Positions 43,040 through 54,672 of a DNA stretch of 64,000 nucleotides are shown here, in pieces. Where the stretch lies: assembly GCA_020137815.1 (NCBI GenBank), contig CM035350.1, forward strand, positions 372,001-436,000, given 5' to 3'. Source of the stretch: Hormiphora californensis. Taxonomy: Eukaryota > Animalia > Ctenophora. Each line of letters begins with the position of its first letter. Position 1 is the first letter of the stretch. A model generated the notes under the pieces. It worked only from the letters and a program-made list of their open reading frames with translations, made no database searches and had not been told where the DNA came from. The translations under genes were made by a program, and so were the position numbers.

Positions 43040-46000
43040 TAGTCCCATGCTTCCAGCCCTCCCTGCCACTATTGCTGAGGAAGACCTTGTGAGGGATGTC
43101 CGAGTGAGGGGTCCTAGTCCCCTACTATGTGGCCTCTAGATTGGATTCAGTACCTCCCTGCCTTCTCCCTGCTATTCAGAGTTCCCTGCACAATTCAGAG
43201 TTCTCCTGTTTTTCACTGCTGTAGCTAGGGGCTGCCGTATATCTCCAGTAGCTAGAGAGGCCAGTCCCGTACAGCTACAATACACTACCAATCCCTCTCA
43301 ACCCGCTACCCCCAGCTCGCATCATCACATCTCAACACCGCTCACCACAGACCTCTCTCCCGCCTCCCACTCCAGACAGGCCAGCAGCATCAGGAGCTAA
43401 CCCACACACAGCACCCACAACTCTAAACTACCCCCTATCATCAAGGCATCACCCGAACAACAGAGACACCCCACCCCTGAAGTCCAGGAACAAGTCTCTC
43501 TCCATCTCCAGCTCCTATCTCTGAATCCCCGGAGATACAGGAGTCCCCAGCGAAGGAGAGACTCTAGTCTTGTTATCTCCTCCAGCGCTGCACTCCAGTC
43601 ACCGACCCAACCTTAATAACTGTTACTGGACCTCCTAAAACACCGGCTGTGTATAATGTCACTGAGACAGTGTTCCGGCTACCACCCCGGGCACCTAGCA
43701 GTAGACGGGCTCCCAGTACAGTCAGCAGACCTCCTAACACAAGACAGAGGAAGTGGAGAAGAATTCTTTCCCCAGGCTTTACACAAGTACATAAAACAAT
43801 CTTAATCTTTGAAATCTTTCTCCTGAAACAAATCTGCCTGAAAATGGCCCTGAAATCTCACGATTTAGTGTGAAACTACATTAGTTCAGTATTTCTATAC
43901 TTTCAGAGGAGACGAGTGAAGATAGAACTGGACCCGAACTCTCCCTACATGCAGGATAAGGAAAAGATAACAGAGGACATCGCCAAAATTGTAAGCCATT
44001 AACTACTTGTTTATATCTTCAATCTTGTACCAGACCCTTCCTCGCTCTGCCCAGAGAAGGTGGAGCGAGATGGTGATCCTTTGTTTGTCTACAGTCCTAA
44101 TAGCACACCTCTCTGCTATCTTCTTCAGGCGGTAGCACAACTCGTTGAACAGAGTCTAAACCCAGTCAGGGCTAAACAAGCAGCCAAGTTCCGACGGCGT
44201 ACTTTGAGAATGTCTCGTAAGAAGAAGGAATCAGAGTTAACTGAAGTTGATAAAATGAGAACAGAAGTAGTGAATAGTGTCTATCTGGGTGGTGCAACTC
44301 CTGCTGTGGTACGATTGTTACCATGGTTACCATGGTTACCATGACAGTTACCATGACCCTCCTTTTCCAAATAGTGCCCGTTACAAATCCTAACCCCCTC
44401 TCTCTCTCTCTCCACAGCCTAATTTCCTGCTGGAGGTAACGGACAGTGGAGGAGCAGGGGCAGCCTCAGATACCTCAGCTACCTCACCTGATGAGAATGA
44501 AGGGTTCGATGAGGAGAATGATGGCTGGTCTCCAGAAGATCCTCACCCAGATTAGAGACCTACCTGCCGCCACTATTGGAGAACTGAAGACATACAAGTG
44601 CCCACCCAAGGAGGTCCACGATGTAAGTACACGGGGGGCTTTGTGTATCATGGGTGTATTGGTAGTTTCAGCAGGACTCAGAAAAGGGTGTGCATGATGA
44701 GGGTATCAATATGGAGTGCTAAACTGGGTCTACCTAGCAACAGGATAGTGATGGAGAGGAGAACTACCCAGGGTACCGTCCCACCTCCACACCTACTGGT
44801 TCACATAGTGTCCGTGGTTCACCGCTACAACAAGGCCCCCGTGGTGGGTCACCAGGTGTTCGTATTGGAACTGGGTATGTTAGGCGGGGTCCCACAATCA
44901 AGGAAACGGTGGCGGAAATTAAAAGTTATGATACTCCCCCACGAGAAATAAGGGATGTAAGTCGGTCATGTGTCTTCCTTTCTAAACAACACACAACTTG
45001 TGCATGTAGCTAACGGTATCTAGTTCTCGATAAATTAACGAGGTAGCGGGTCTTTGCATGTGTGTCTTGCAAGAAATAGCTGTATGTTTCATCCCTTCAT
45101 CGTCCGATTCTCATTCACAGAGAATGTATGGGTAGATAAGAATGGTTCCGACATAGAGTTTTGGCCAAAATGAGACGGTCTTGAATCCTGGTTTTCTTGT
45201 CGGAAATATTTTGAACTCGTCTGCACGAAGGTCTAGGCAGACTTTGCATTCTGTTCTCTTCTGAATGTTATCTGTTTCTAACAACTCTTCTCCCCAATTC
45301 CTGTCTGATCATGATCCCCCTCCTTCTTTGCCAGGTAGTCAAGTGTGTCTTTATGATCCTGGGGAGAGGACCTGAACCGATTGGAGCACTGGCAGGAGGT
45401 GAGAACAATTGTATAGTCATTAGTCCAGAATATACCTTTTGCCGCCCTTCCAGTTCTACATTTCTAATTCACTTTCTACAACTCTATAACTTTTTTGATT
45501 CTTCTACCGCTTTGTCTACAATCGTATGTGTATTATTTACCACCTTGTTTCAGTGTGTGATACTGCTAAGTAAACTGGGCAGGAGGCACGTGAGAAGGAG
45601 GGTCCTGAGAATGAGAAAGAACAGGGTAACGGATGAGATCAGAGAGAATGCTAAAGATATCCTCGCTGAATGGACCTCATATGATGTGAGATATGAATCT
45701 TGATGTTTACAGAAACTAGATGGGTGTTCCCCCGTCCTAACCCGGGCCCTATTCAAGAGATTCACCCCCTCCCTCCCTCCCAGATTGCCCAGCGAAGCAG
45801 GGTTTGCGTGCTATTCTTCATCTGGTGTAAGGAGATCTGCAGCCTGAACGAGCGGCCAGAAGATAACCCCCTTCTGCCCGTTATTATTGGGAGGTTCATG
45901 CAGTCCAGACACAACAGGGGCGTCCCTGGACTTACTGACAACGGAGACCTTCCAGGTAATATTCTGATATTATATATTGGGTCAGATAGTGCTGGAGAAT

Positions 46001-46172
46001 CATGTCATTGTCACCAACACCACCCCTACTTGTAGTAAAGCCTCACGATCCCCCTTCTTCCCCAGGAGAGAGGTCGAGATCAGCAGTGGTCGGGTTTGCT
46101 GCCCGGGCCTTCAAGGCACAACTCGGACGAAACAAGCTGCCCCTTCCACCTGTCGGACAGCCCAGTGGATAA
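43040..46172 (+). pseudogene. Multi-exon gene with an S/P-rich N-terminus and a C-terminal region resembling the dynein stalk/microtubule-binding motif; frameshifted
   Basis: Exons ending 43787, then 43907-43990, 44034-44072, 44129-44308, 44418-44622, 45335-45398, 45554-45685, 45784-45955 and 46066-46172. Motif TIGELKTYKCPPKEVHDVVKCVFMILG(E)...W...LFFIW. Two exons are 1 nt too long. Confidence 0.7.
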
Positions 46173-46754
46173 TGAGAGTTGGAGAAAACAAAGACTTTGA
46201 ACATGGAGAGTCTCTAGTGGAGACCCCAACCAGTGGTTAACTCAGCCATGAATTGAAGAAAAACTAAATTTGACAATGCCAGTTGAACTGTGTTTGTTTG
46301 TGTGACTGTTATAGTACGAGCTGTGTGCTAGTTGAGCTATCGATCACATACCAAACCTTTGTGGGGATCGTGTTATTGGGATATATAGAGTTGAGTGCAA
46401 ACTGCAAAGACAATGTTATATGTACAGAATTTGAAGAGCGAGTGACATGACATGTATCTCCCGTCCGTCTGATGAAATGAAGAGTTACAGTTGGAGTTAC
46501 CACACGAGAGTATAGACGGAGTTATTGGGCGAAGATTAGAAAGTATCCATTTATTCGAAGGTGCGTGTCGGGGATCAGCAAGACAGCTGAACAAGACAGC
46601 AAGGCGCTGCAAGACAGCTAGGAACACAGCTCCACTAAATGAAAGTCTAGAACTGTGATGGGTCCACTGTGATATTGATTTGTATCTTGTTAGACTCGTG
46701 AACCACCGAGTTTTAATTTGATACTCTTTTTTACATTAAGTCTGCCAGTACATT

Positions 46755-47950
46755 GTCAGGTGCCTCGCCCTCTACAAGGCCAGGTCTGTCAGGTACCTCG
46801 CCCCCTACAAGGTCTGTTAGGTACCTCGCCCCCTACAAGGTCTGTCAGGTACCTCGCCCCCTACAAGGTCTGTCAGGTACCTCGCCCCCTACAAGGTCTG
46901 TCAGGTACCTCGCCCCCTACAAGGTATGTTAGGTACCTCGCCCCCTACAAGGTCTGTTAGGTACCTCGCCCTCTACAAGGTCTGTCAGGTACCTCGCCCC
47001 CTAAAAGGTCTGTCAGGTACCTCGCCCCCTACAAGGTCTGTCAGGTACCTCGCCCCCTACAAGGTCTGTCAGGTACCTCGCCCCCTACAAGGTATGTCAG
47101 GTACCTCGCCCCCTAAAAGGTCGGTCAGGTACCTCGCCCCCTACAAGGTCTGTCAGGTACCTCACCCCCTACAAGGTCTGTCAGGTACCTCGCCCCCTAC
47201 AAGGTCTGTTAGGTACCTCGCCCCCTACAAGGTCTGTCAGGTACCTCGCCCCCTACAAGGTCTGTCAGGTACCTCGCCCCCTAAAAGGTCTGTCAGGTAC
47301 CTCGCCCCCTACAAGGTTTGGCCACATTGATGCCTGAGTGAGATCGAGGTCGCGCAGCGACCGAGATCGATCTCACATCTAGGCCTCCGGCGCGTTATTG
47401 ATTTTAGAGCAAACTTTTTCAAAGACCTGGCTGCAAGGAACTACTGAACCGATTTGCATCTCGTTTGTTGCTCCTGGTAGATAATTGTCTCTAGTTTTAC
47501 GGAAAATACCCGCGAGTATCAGCATTTGAGGAATAGTGGGTCAAAATTGACGCTAAACATGAGCAATTCTATAAAGACCTGGCTGCAAGCTCCTACTCGG
47601 TCCTGGGACAATCTGCGGGTACTGGGGGAATCGTCATGGCCTTGTGAGTATGGGAAAATACCCGCCGATTCATCACGATGCGAAATGAGGCCATAATTGA
47701 CCTTTGAGTAGTGCTAGGTCAGCTAAAAAGGCCTCCAAAAACGGTCTATCACGCGCGATCTGCTGAAAACGTGCTTTATATCGCGCGCACGTGAGTTCTT
47801 GCTCTCAACGGGCCGGGATTATTATTCGCGGAGCGAGAATAGGATGCGATGGATCCAACTACAAGGTCTGTCAGGTACCTCGCCCCCTACAAGGTCTGTC
47901 AGGTACCTCGCCCCCTACAAGGTCTGTCAGGTACCTCGCCCCCTACAAGG
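46755..47950. repeat. 28-bp minisatellite (ggtctgtcaggtacctcgccccctacaa), ~20 plus 3 copies, interrupted by a hairpin-ended insert at ~47320-47858
   Basis: Direct tandem units with no spacers. Confidence 0.95.
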
Positions 47951-48419
47951 TGGGGGGGGGGGGGGGCGGCTGAAGTTTTTGAAGTCAACTTAGCTTCAAA
48001 AACTTCAAAGAGAAACTTAGGGTGGAAAACTTCAAAAACTTCAAAAAACTTCAAAAACTCATATCTCCTAAACCGTTGGAGATAGGCCCTATGTTGCTTC
48101 ATAACTCTTATATAAACTCGAGGCCGCTGATGATTTTGGTGTCCATATTTTGTTCACTACTCCCTTAATAAAAAATTTGCATTTTGAGAAACTGGCAAAA
48201 AGGGTGTGGCCCCAAAAAAAACTTTGAAAATTACTTCATAATTTTTAAACACTTTCTTAGCATTTTCTAGGCAACTTTTTGAGTTACAGAATGAAAATGA
48301 AATCTGTTTTTACAAAAAATTTAAATTTTTTACACCAAATTGTGCCATGGATTTCATGGCTAGAAATCATTGTAAATATCCTAATTTGTGGTAGAAAAAG
48401 GGCAGACAAGGACGGATAA

Positions 48420-49110
48420 TTTCTGATTTGCCGCATACGGCGTCTAGACGGCGTCGCAACGCCGTCTAGACGGCGTCTAGACGGTATACCGTCTGGTAAG
48501 CGGTAAATACTCACTCGGTTCTTCACATTTTTTGGACGTTTTTGGCCATAACTCAGCCATTTCTTGACCAATTTGCAAAATCTTGGGCTCATTGGAAAGA
48601 GGACATTAAGAGCTTTCCAATGAGCCCTAGAAAATGAAAATTGGCGCAAAATGCGCGGCGTTATGGCGCAAAATGCGCGTTTTCGCTATAGCGCCGCGCA
48701 TTTTGCGCCGATTTTCATTTTCTAGGGCTCATTAGAAAGCTCTTAATGTCCTCTTTCCAATGAGCCCAAGATTTTGCAATTTGGTCAAGAAATGGCTGAG
48801 TTATGGCCAAAAACGTCCAAAAAATGTGAAGAACCGAGTGAGTATTTACCGCTTACCATACCGTCTGGACGGGTTTCGGTGAAATCAGCTAAAAACGGTA
48901 CCGAAATTGCTTGAGACGGGTTATAGACGGTATCAGACGGTCTCTAGACGGGTTATAGACGGTATCAGACGGTGTTGCGACGGTATCAGACGGTCTCTAG
49001 ACGGTGTCTAGACGGTACCGTCCCGGCGTCTGGACGGCGTCTGGACGGTATCCGTCCGAAGTTGAGACGGCACGTCTGAAAATTGTACCAGACGTTGAGA
49101 CGGACTTTTA
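48420..49110. repeat. Fold-back repeat with agacgg subrepeats
   Basis: Inverted arms at 48495-48860 centred near 48685. Confidence 0.8.
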
Positions 49111-49129
49111 GAACTCCGTCTGTATTTCC

Positions 49130-50615
49130 CACCCGCATGCAAGAAACTACTTGCCAACTCACCTGGTTTCATGCTCAACCCCACATCACCCCCTCACCAA
49201 CTAGCAACCACAGCCACCATTGCACTCGAACGCACAATCTGTGCGATCAGATATGCAGCCGCCGCCGAAGCAGGATCACGGCGACAGAACGAACCCTCCA
49301 CCCCGCCAGGAAACAACCAACACCAACAACAAGAGGCACCACCATCCCTCCTCAGAGTAGCGGGAAAGTTCGAACACCTCGGCATCCAACCCCCGAGACC
49401 AGCTGATGAAGCCACCGAATCATCGATCCGTCAGCTCAGAGAACACCTCTCACCGATCCTCAAAACCAGGATCAGTTGGAAGGTTCCCAGAAACCACAAC
49501 AAAGCAGATCTGGAGAGCCTCAGGACCACAGCAGAACTAAACGATGTTACCAATGGTAATACCATCCTCCCAACGGACAAAACAAACCGTTTCTGCACAC
49601 TCCCCACAACCACATGTGAGGAAAAGCTGAAACAACACTTCTCCAATGGATGGATCCAGCTCTCGGAAGACCCCTCGCAGCCTTTCCAAACTGCGGCCAA
49701 CTCCCTAATCAAGACCTGCCTACACGAATCGGGGATACACAACAGCTACCTGCAAACACTGCTCACATCAAGATACTGCACAGCCCCTATTGTCTACCCG
49801 TTAGCAAAGGACCATAAACCTGCTTTCCCAAATACAAAGGTGCGTATGGTGCAGCCGGTAGCAGGCAGTGCAGTCGAGAAGCTGGATGTAATTGTTGCTG
49901 AGGTCCTAGCTCAACTCCTCCCTCACCTGCGGTACAGCTGGTAGACTCAAGCAAAACATTCATCAATAAGGGGAAACTCTAACTGAATGGCATCCCATTA
50001 ATGGGATCCCATCAACAGTAAAACTCTAACTGATAATGGACCACAGTGATGGTTCTTTCTCTGTATTCTCTCTGTGTGCGCGCCCGTGCCCGGGCATGCC
50101 CTATGTTTCAAACTTAAGTTCTTTCTCTGTATTCTCTCTGTAGGCAGTATTCTCTCTGTAGGCAGTACTGCCTACATCGGAACATACGTTGATGATTCGA
50201 ACTCACTATGGAGAACCCCTGAAGACGCACAGATGTTCCTCCAAAAGCTGAACAACGTATGGGGAGAAGGACAACTCTCCTTCACAATAGAGGAGCCAAG
50301 GAACCGCACCATCTCGTTTCTGGACCTCTCAATCACCATCACCATGGAGGGAAACATTACCCACCAAATGTTCCAGAAGGAGACACACTCAGGTGCATAC
50401 CTCCCCTTCTCTTCCCATTGTGAGATGAAAACCAAGCTCAATATCATCTCCACAGAAACCAGGAGAGTGCTTAGTCTCTGTTCCAGCATCGACTTGGCAT
50501 GGCCACATTTGGAGACACTCCGTAAAAACCTGGTGAACTCAGGCTACCCCCTCACCCGTGTCACCACCTCCATCAGCGAGGAAGTGAGCAAGCACAAGCG
50601 CACCACCATACACTC
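49130..50615 (+). mobile_element. Penelope-like retroelement fragment (RT N-terminal part and thumb), disrupted
   Basis: ILPTDKTN, YPLAKDHKP..RMV, YVDD, ISFLDL, QKETHS..YLPFSSH and NSGYP motifs. Confidence 0.85.
49970..50173. mobile_element. Truncated copy of the Harbinger-type MITE inserted in the Penelope-like element
   Basis: TAA|ggggaaactctaactgaatgg matches the TIR at 56344. Confidence 0.85.
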
Positions 50616-50626
50616 TTGGTGACATT

Positions 50627-51240
50627 GACACCTAGTGCGTGCGAGATCGAGCTCGCACATAGGTGTCCGCTCCGCCCCCTAAAAAAGGGTCGTGTCTTTC
50701 AAGCCAAATTGCACGTGATCCACTGGACCGATTTGCATCCGGTTTGTCGCAAAAGACTACAAATTGGTCCTAGTTTACTGGAAAATACCCGAGAAGTTTG
50801 TCTGTCAACAGGAAGTGGGTCAAAATTGACACTGAAGTCAAATCTATAATCTGGCTTCCGAGCCTTTTTGCACCACTCCCAGACGGTGTAGAATGAATCT
50901 GAGGGTATCAGAAGATAGGTTGAACTCTTGTGAGTACTGGAAAATACCCGGCATTAATAGCTGATGCTAATTGCATCAACATATATCTCCCAATATCTTC
51001 TAAATCGCATGGGCGTAGTGCAGAAACTCTTGGAAGCCAGATTATAGGTTTGACTTCAGTATCAATTTTGACCCACTTCCTGTTGACAGACAAACTTCTC
51101 GGGTATTTTCCAGTATATTAGGATTATTTGTAGTCTTTTGCGACAAACCGGATGCAAATCGGTCCAGTGGATCGCGTGCAACATCCCTTGAAAGAAACGA
51201 CCCTTTTTGAGGCGGAGCAGACACCTGTGTGTGAGCTCTA
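50627..51240. repeat. Imperfect fold-back element
   Basis: Inverted arms 50650-50850 and 51040-51240. Confidence 0.75.
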
Positions 51241-51627
51241 ATTCAATTAGTTTTTGACTTAATACATATATATATATATATAACAACAACAACAACAACA
51301 AAATGGATTTATATACCGACTAAATAGACAAGTACTCTCGATTGGTTCGAAGAGCAATTGCCATTCATAGCGGTTCTTTCATCCTATCTTGACATATTGG
51401 TTGACAAAAGGTCGTAAATGGTAACTCATACTGGTGACTTATAACTGACATATATAGTAGACTTTATTAACTCTCAACACTTGGTGACTGTGGGTGACAA
51501 GTATAATCAGAAAAAATAATAACAAAAATGATAAACTGAATAGTATCTTAGATTATAAAGAATTATGTGACAGCAGCAGGGGTGACCGTGTGAGAACGGG
51601 GACTAATGAATAACCGAAAAGAACTTA

Positions 51628-54600
51628 TTAAAGACTGATGTCGAAAACCAAATAAGGTCTTTCAGAGAAGGTAACAGTAGCATCGAACAGGTAGGTCTTC
51701 AGGCGAATACGGAAGGAGTCCTCTGAAGGTGCGTCTCTGAGGTTCTCCGGTAGGTTGTTCCAGACATGGGGGAGATATTGGGATATTCTCCTTTTTCCCA
51801 GTTTGCTCACTTTCACATTTCCAGAAAGTAGCTTTAACTTGTAATGGTCTACTTTACAGCTCTGACGAGTAGACTTCTGCACTGCAGTATTTTCATCATG
51901 TTCCACTAGATCCTGAAGGTACTGAGGGGCACTTCCATAATAGATCTTGTACCCTAGTAAACAGATTTTGAAAAATATCCTCTTTTCAATCGTAAGGATA
52001 TGGGAATCACGGTAGAAGGGGTCCAGATCAACTTTCCTCTCTCTGACTCCATGGATGTATCTTATTACTTGATTCATTAGTCCTTTCAGGGGCTTGATGG
52101 TAGAGGCCGGTAGGTTGAAATACAGGGCATTTGCATTGCAATAGTCCACTTTGGATATGACCAGCTGGGAGGCAAGCATCAGACGTAGAGGTTTATCAAT
52201 GAATCGGCGGATCTGCCAGAGGTTCCTCATAGTAACTCCAGCATTCCTCTTGACCATGGAGATTTGACGTTTCATATCCATTTGTTCATCAAGATAGACA
52301 CCAAGGGTCTTTCCCGATTTTCCAGACATGTCCATGGGGGAAATGATGTTCCCATTTAGCTCAAGAGTCAGGTCACTCTCCTCACGTACACTATCCATCT
52401 TCTTCTTCTTCCCCAGGATAAGAAACTCAGTTTTATCCTCATTAACCATCAGTCTGTTTTCAATCATCCAAGTTCTTACCTCCTCCAAACATTTCTCAAT
52501 AGTCTCCTTTGAACCTGTCCAGCCTTCCACAGGGCAGAATCCGATGTATATAGTGCTATCGTCTGCATAAAGTCGTATTGTGAGTCCATACTTCTTTACA
52601 ATAGGTTCTAGTGGTTCCACATACAGGGCAAAGAGGACAGGACCAAGGAGAGAGCCTTGGGGTACTCCATATTTGAGAAAGAGCCTAGGTGAGAGGGCAT
52701 CTCCAATTTTAACTTTATAGCTCCTGTCATTGAGATAGCAGCTAGTGAACCATTCGAGTACCGTTGATCCAATTCCAAACCGCTTCTCCAGTCTCTTCAA
52801 AAGCTGAGGGTGGTCAATGGTATCAAATGCAGCCGAAAGATCAATTTGAACGACTGCCACAACATTTCCTCTGTCCATTTCCCCAAGGACATCATCAACG
52901 ACTCGCACCATATGTGTCTCACAACTGTGGTTGGGGCGAAAACCAGATTGGCATTCACCTCGCAGGTCGTTTTTCTCCAAATGTTCATTTAGCTGTACAT
53001 TAACAGCTTTCTCCGCTAGCTTGGACAGAACACTGAGATTCGAGACTGGTCTGTAGTTCGCAAGAGAGTCCACGTCTCCAGATGTATTCTTGATTGTGGG
53101 CCTCACAATAGCCTCTTTCAGTCCTGACGGGAATACACCACTCTGCAAAGAAGTGTTCACGATTTTGGTAAGCACCGGAAGTAGAGTAGGGAGAAGCTGC
53201 TTCAGCAGAGAGGTCGGGATAGGGTCCAAGTCACAGAACTTATCCGGCAGGCTCTTTACAAGGCTTGCCACTTCATCTTCAGTCATAAGACTGAACGTCT
53301 CAAATCTTTCTGTCTCTCCTTCAAAAGCACCGGACTCCGTTGATTTCTTTTCACCCAACTCTTCAATCTTGTCACCAATCTTCTTCTGTAGTTTATCAAT
53401 CTTGGACTTGAAAAACTCTCCAAACTCAGTTGCTAGTTTCTCCGGGTTGACCATATCTGGGAGGATAACATTGGAGTTACCCAGTAGCTTGCTCAGTTGT
53501 TGGTTGAGCCTCTTTTGATCGCGTCCACAGAGTTCAATATTTCTTCTGGTGTATTCTGACCGTTTTCTGACCTCCATCTTGTTGAAAGCTGACCTTAGTT
53601 CCACATACATGGCCTTCAGCTGCGGCTTCTCCTTTGTCTTGTCCTTTCTCCACTTTCTCTCAGCACGCCGCTTCTTCCTCCGGAGGGTTAGCAGCTCTTC
53701 ATCCATCCATGGTGTATACTTCTCTTTCTTCCTTCTCTTCTTCATAGGACAGTGCTTATCAACCAGGAATAGCAACGCTTCATATAACTTCTCAACAAGG
53801 CTATCAACATCCTCTTCGTCAGCAGGTGAGGTAAACAGTCCACTGGCTTTTAGATCCTCATTAAAACTCTCCACATCCACCTTCGAGAAGTCCCGATACC
53901 AAATTGTCTCCGGCCGTTTCCTCTTACTGATCCTCGCAGTCAGTTGTAGGTCCACTGTAACAAGATGGTGGTCTGAAGTAGTTCCCTCCTCCAAGATCCT
54001 AACTGGTTCAAGACAATCTGCTACTGTAGCATCCATCAGGGCTAGGTCTAGAGTACCTCCATGTCTGTGTGTCGATATCAAGGGAACCATCTGTTTGAAG
54101 TCAAACTCCTCGATCATCTCCTGTAGCTTTTTTGGATAAAATTCATCAGGCCTTTCCATGTGAAAGTTGAAGTCTCCCATGATTAATGGTGTCCCGACTT
54201 TACAGTTTAGTTCCTCAAGGTATCCCTTGAATTCATCCAGGAAGTGGCTCTGGGTATGAGGTGCCTTCTTCGAGTACGGTGGCCTATAGATGTTTACTAG
54301 CCGGTACATCTCACTAGCATTTCCAATAGTAGTCTCTGTACACTCAAAGGTCTTGAAACACTTGGTAGGTCCAGATTTAACACCCAGGTCCGCTCTGTAT
54401 ACCATTGCTACTCCACCACCAATCCTCTGCTTCCTCGGTGCCGAGTGGATTTCCCATCCTCTTTCCTTTATCTCATGATGTTTAGCATTGTCACCTTTCC
54501 TCAGGTAGGTCTCTTGAAGAAGACAAATATCAACAAGTTGGTCCTCAAGGTGTTCCAGTACACCAGCAGTCTTATTGACAAGGGAGTTGCAGTTCAATGT

Positions 54601-54672
54601 TCCAACTCTTAGTGAGTTCTCCTTCTTTCCAAGAAGTCTCGTGCCTTCCGACTGTACTCGTTTTTTAACATC
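51628..54672 (-). CDS. LINE ORF2: APE endonuclease plus reverse transcriptase (no initiator AUG)
   Basis: LQET, YRPP, GDFN and SDH (APE); NYRPVSNL, QSGFR, DLSAAFDTIDH, GVPQGSLLGP and YADD (RT). The frame stays open up to a TGA at ~54673. Confidence 0.97.
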   Translation of the reverse strand, partial: DVKKRVQSEGTRLLGKKENSLRVGTLNCNSLVNKTAGVLEHLEDQLVDICLLQETYLRKGDNAKHHEIKERGWEIHSAPRKQRIGGGVAMVYRADLGVKSGPTKCFKTFECTETTIGNASEMYRLVNIYRPPYSKKAPHTQSHFLDEFKGYLEELNCKVGTPLIMGDFNFHMERPDEFYPKKLQEMIEEFDFKQMVPLISTHRHGGTLDLALMDATVADCLEPVRILEEGTTSDHHLVTVDLQLTARISKRKRPETIWYRDFSKVDVESFNEDLKASGLFTSPADEEDVDSLVEKLYEALLFLVDKHCPMKKRRKKEKYTPWMDEELLTLRRKKRRAERKWRKDKTKEKPQLKAMYVELRSAFNKMEVRKRSEYTRRNIELCGRDQKRLNQQLSKLLGNSNVILPDMVNPEKLATEFGEFFKSKIDKLQKKIGDKIEELGEKKSTESGAFEGETERFETFSLMTEDEVASLVKSLPDKFCDLDPIPTSLLKQLLPTLLPVLTKIVNTSLQSGVFPSGLKEAIVRPTIKNTSGDVDSLANYRPVSNLSVLSKLAEKAVNVQLNEHLEKNDLRGECQSGFRPNHSCETHMVRVVDDVLGEMDRGNVVAVVQIDLSAAFDTIDHPQLLKRLEKRFGIGSTVLEWFTSCYLNDRSYKVKIGDALSPRLFLKYGVPQGSLLGPVLFALYVEPLEPIVKKYGLTIRLYADDSTIYIGFCPVEGWTGSKETIEKCLEEVRTWMIENRLMVNEDKTEFLILGKKKKMDSVREESDLTLELNGNIISPMDMSGKSGKTLGVYLDEQMDMKRQISMVKRNAGVTMRNLWQIRRFIDKPLRLMLASQLVISKVDYCNANALYFNLPASTIKPLKGLMNQVIRYIHGVRERKVDLDPFYRDSHILTIEKRIFFKICLLGYKIYYGSAPQYLQDLVEHDENTAVQKSTRQSCKVDHYKLKLLSGNVKVSKLGKRRISQYLPHVWNNLPENLRDAPSEDSFRIRLKTYLFDATVTFSERPYLVFDISL

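Noticed and set aside
44418-44555. Dual-coding exon (acidic frame DENEGFDEEND versus helical frame)
   Set aside because: The acidic frame is a by-product of ATG/AGA-rich codons and ends in a stop; a single indel explains both frames.
46755-47950. CRISPR-like 28-bp repeats
   Set aside because: Head-to-tail units with no spacers, no cas genes, eukaryotic context.
49400-49440. Hammerhead ribozyme (ctgatga) in the Penelope-like element
   Set aside because: No GAAA core or supporting stems; lies within coding sequence.
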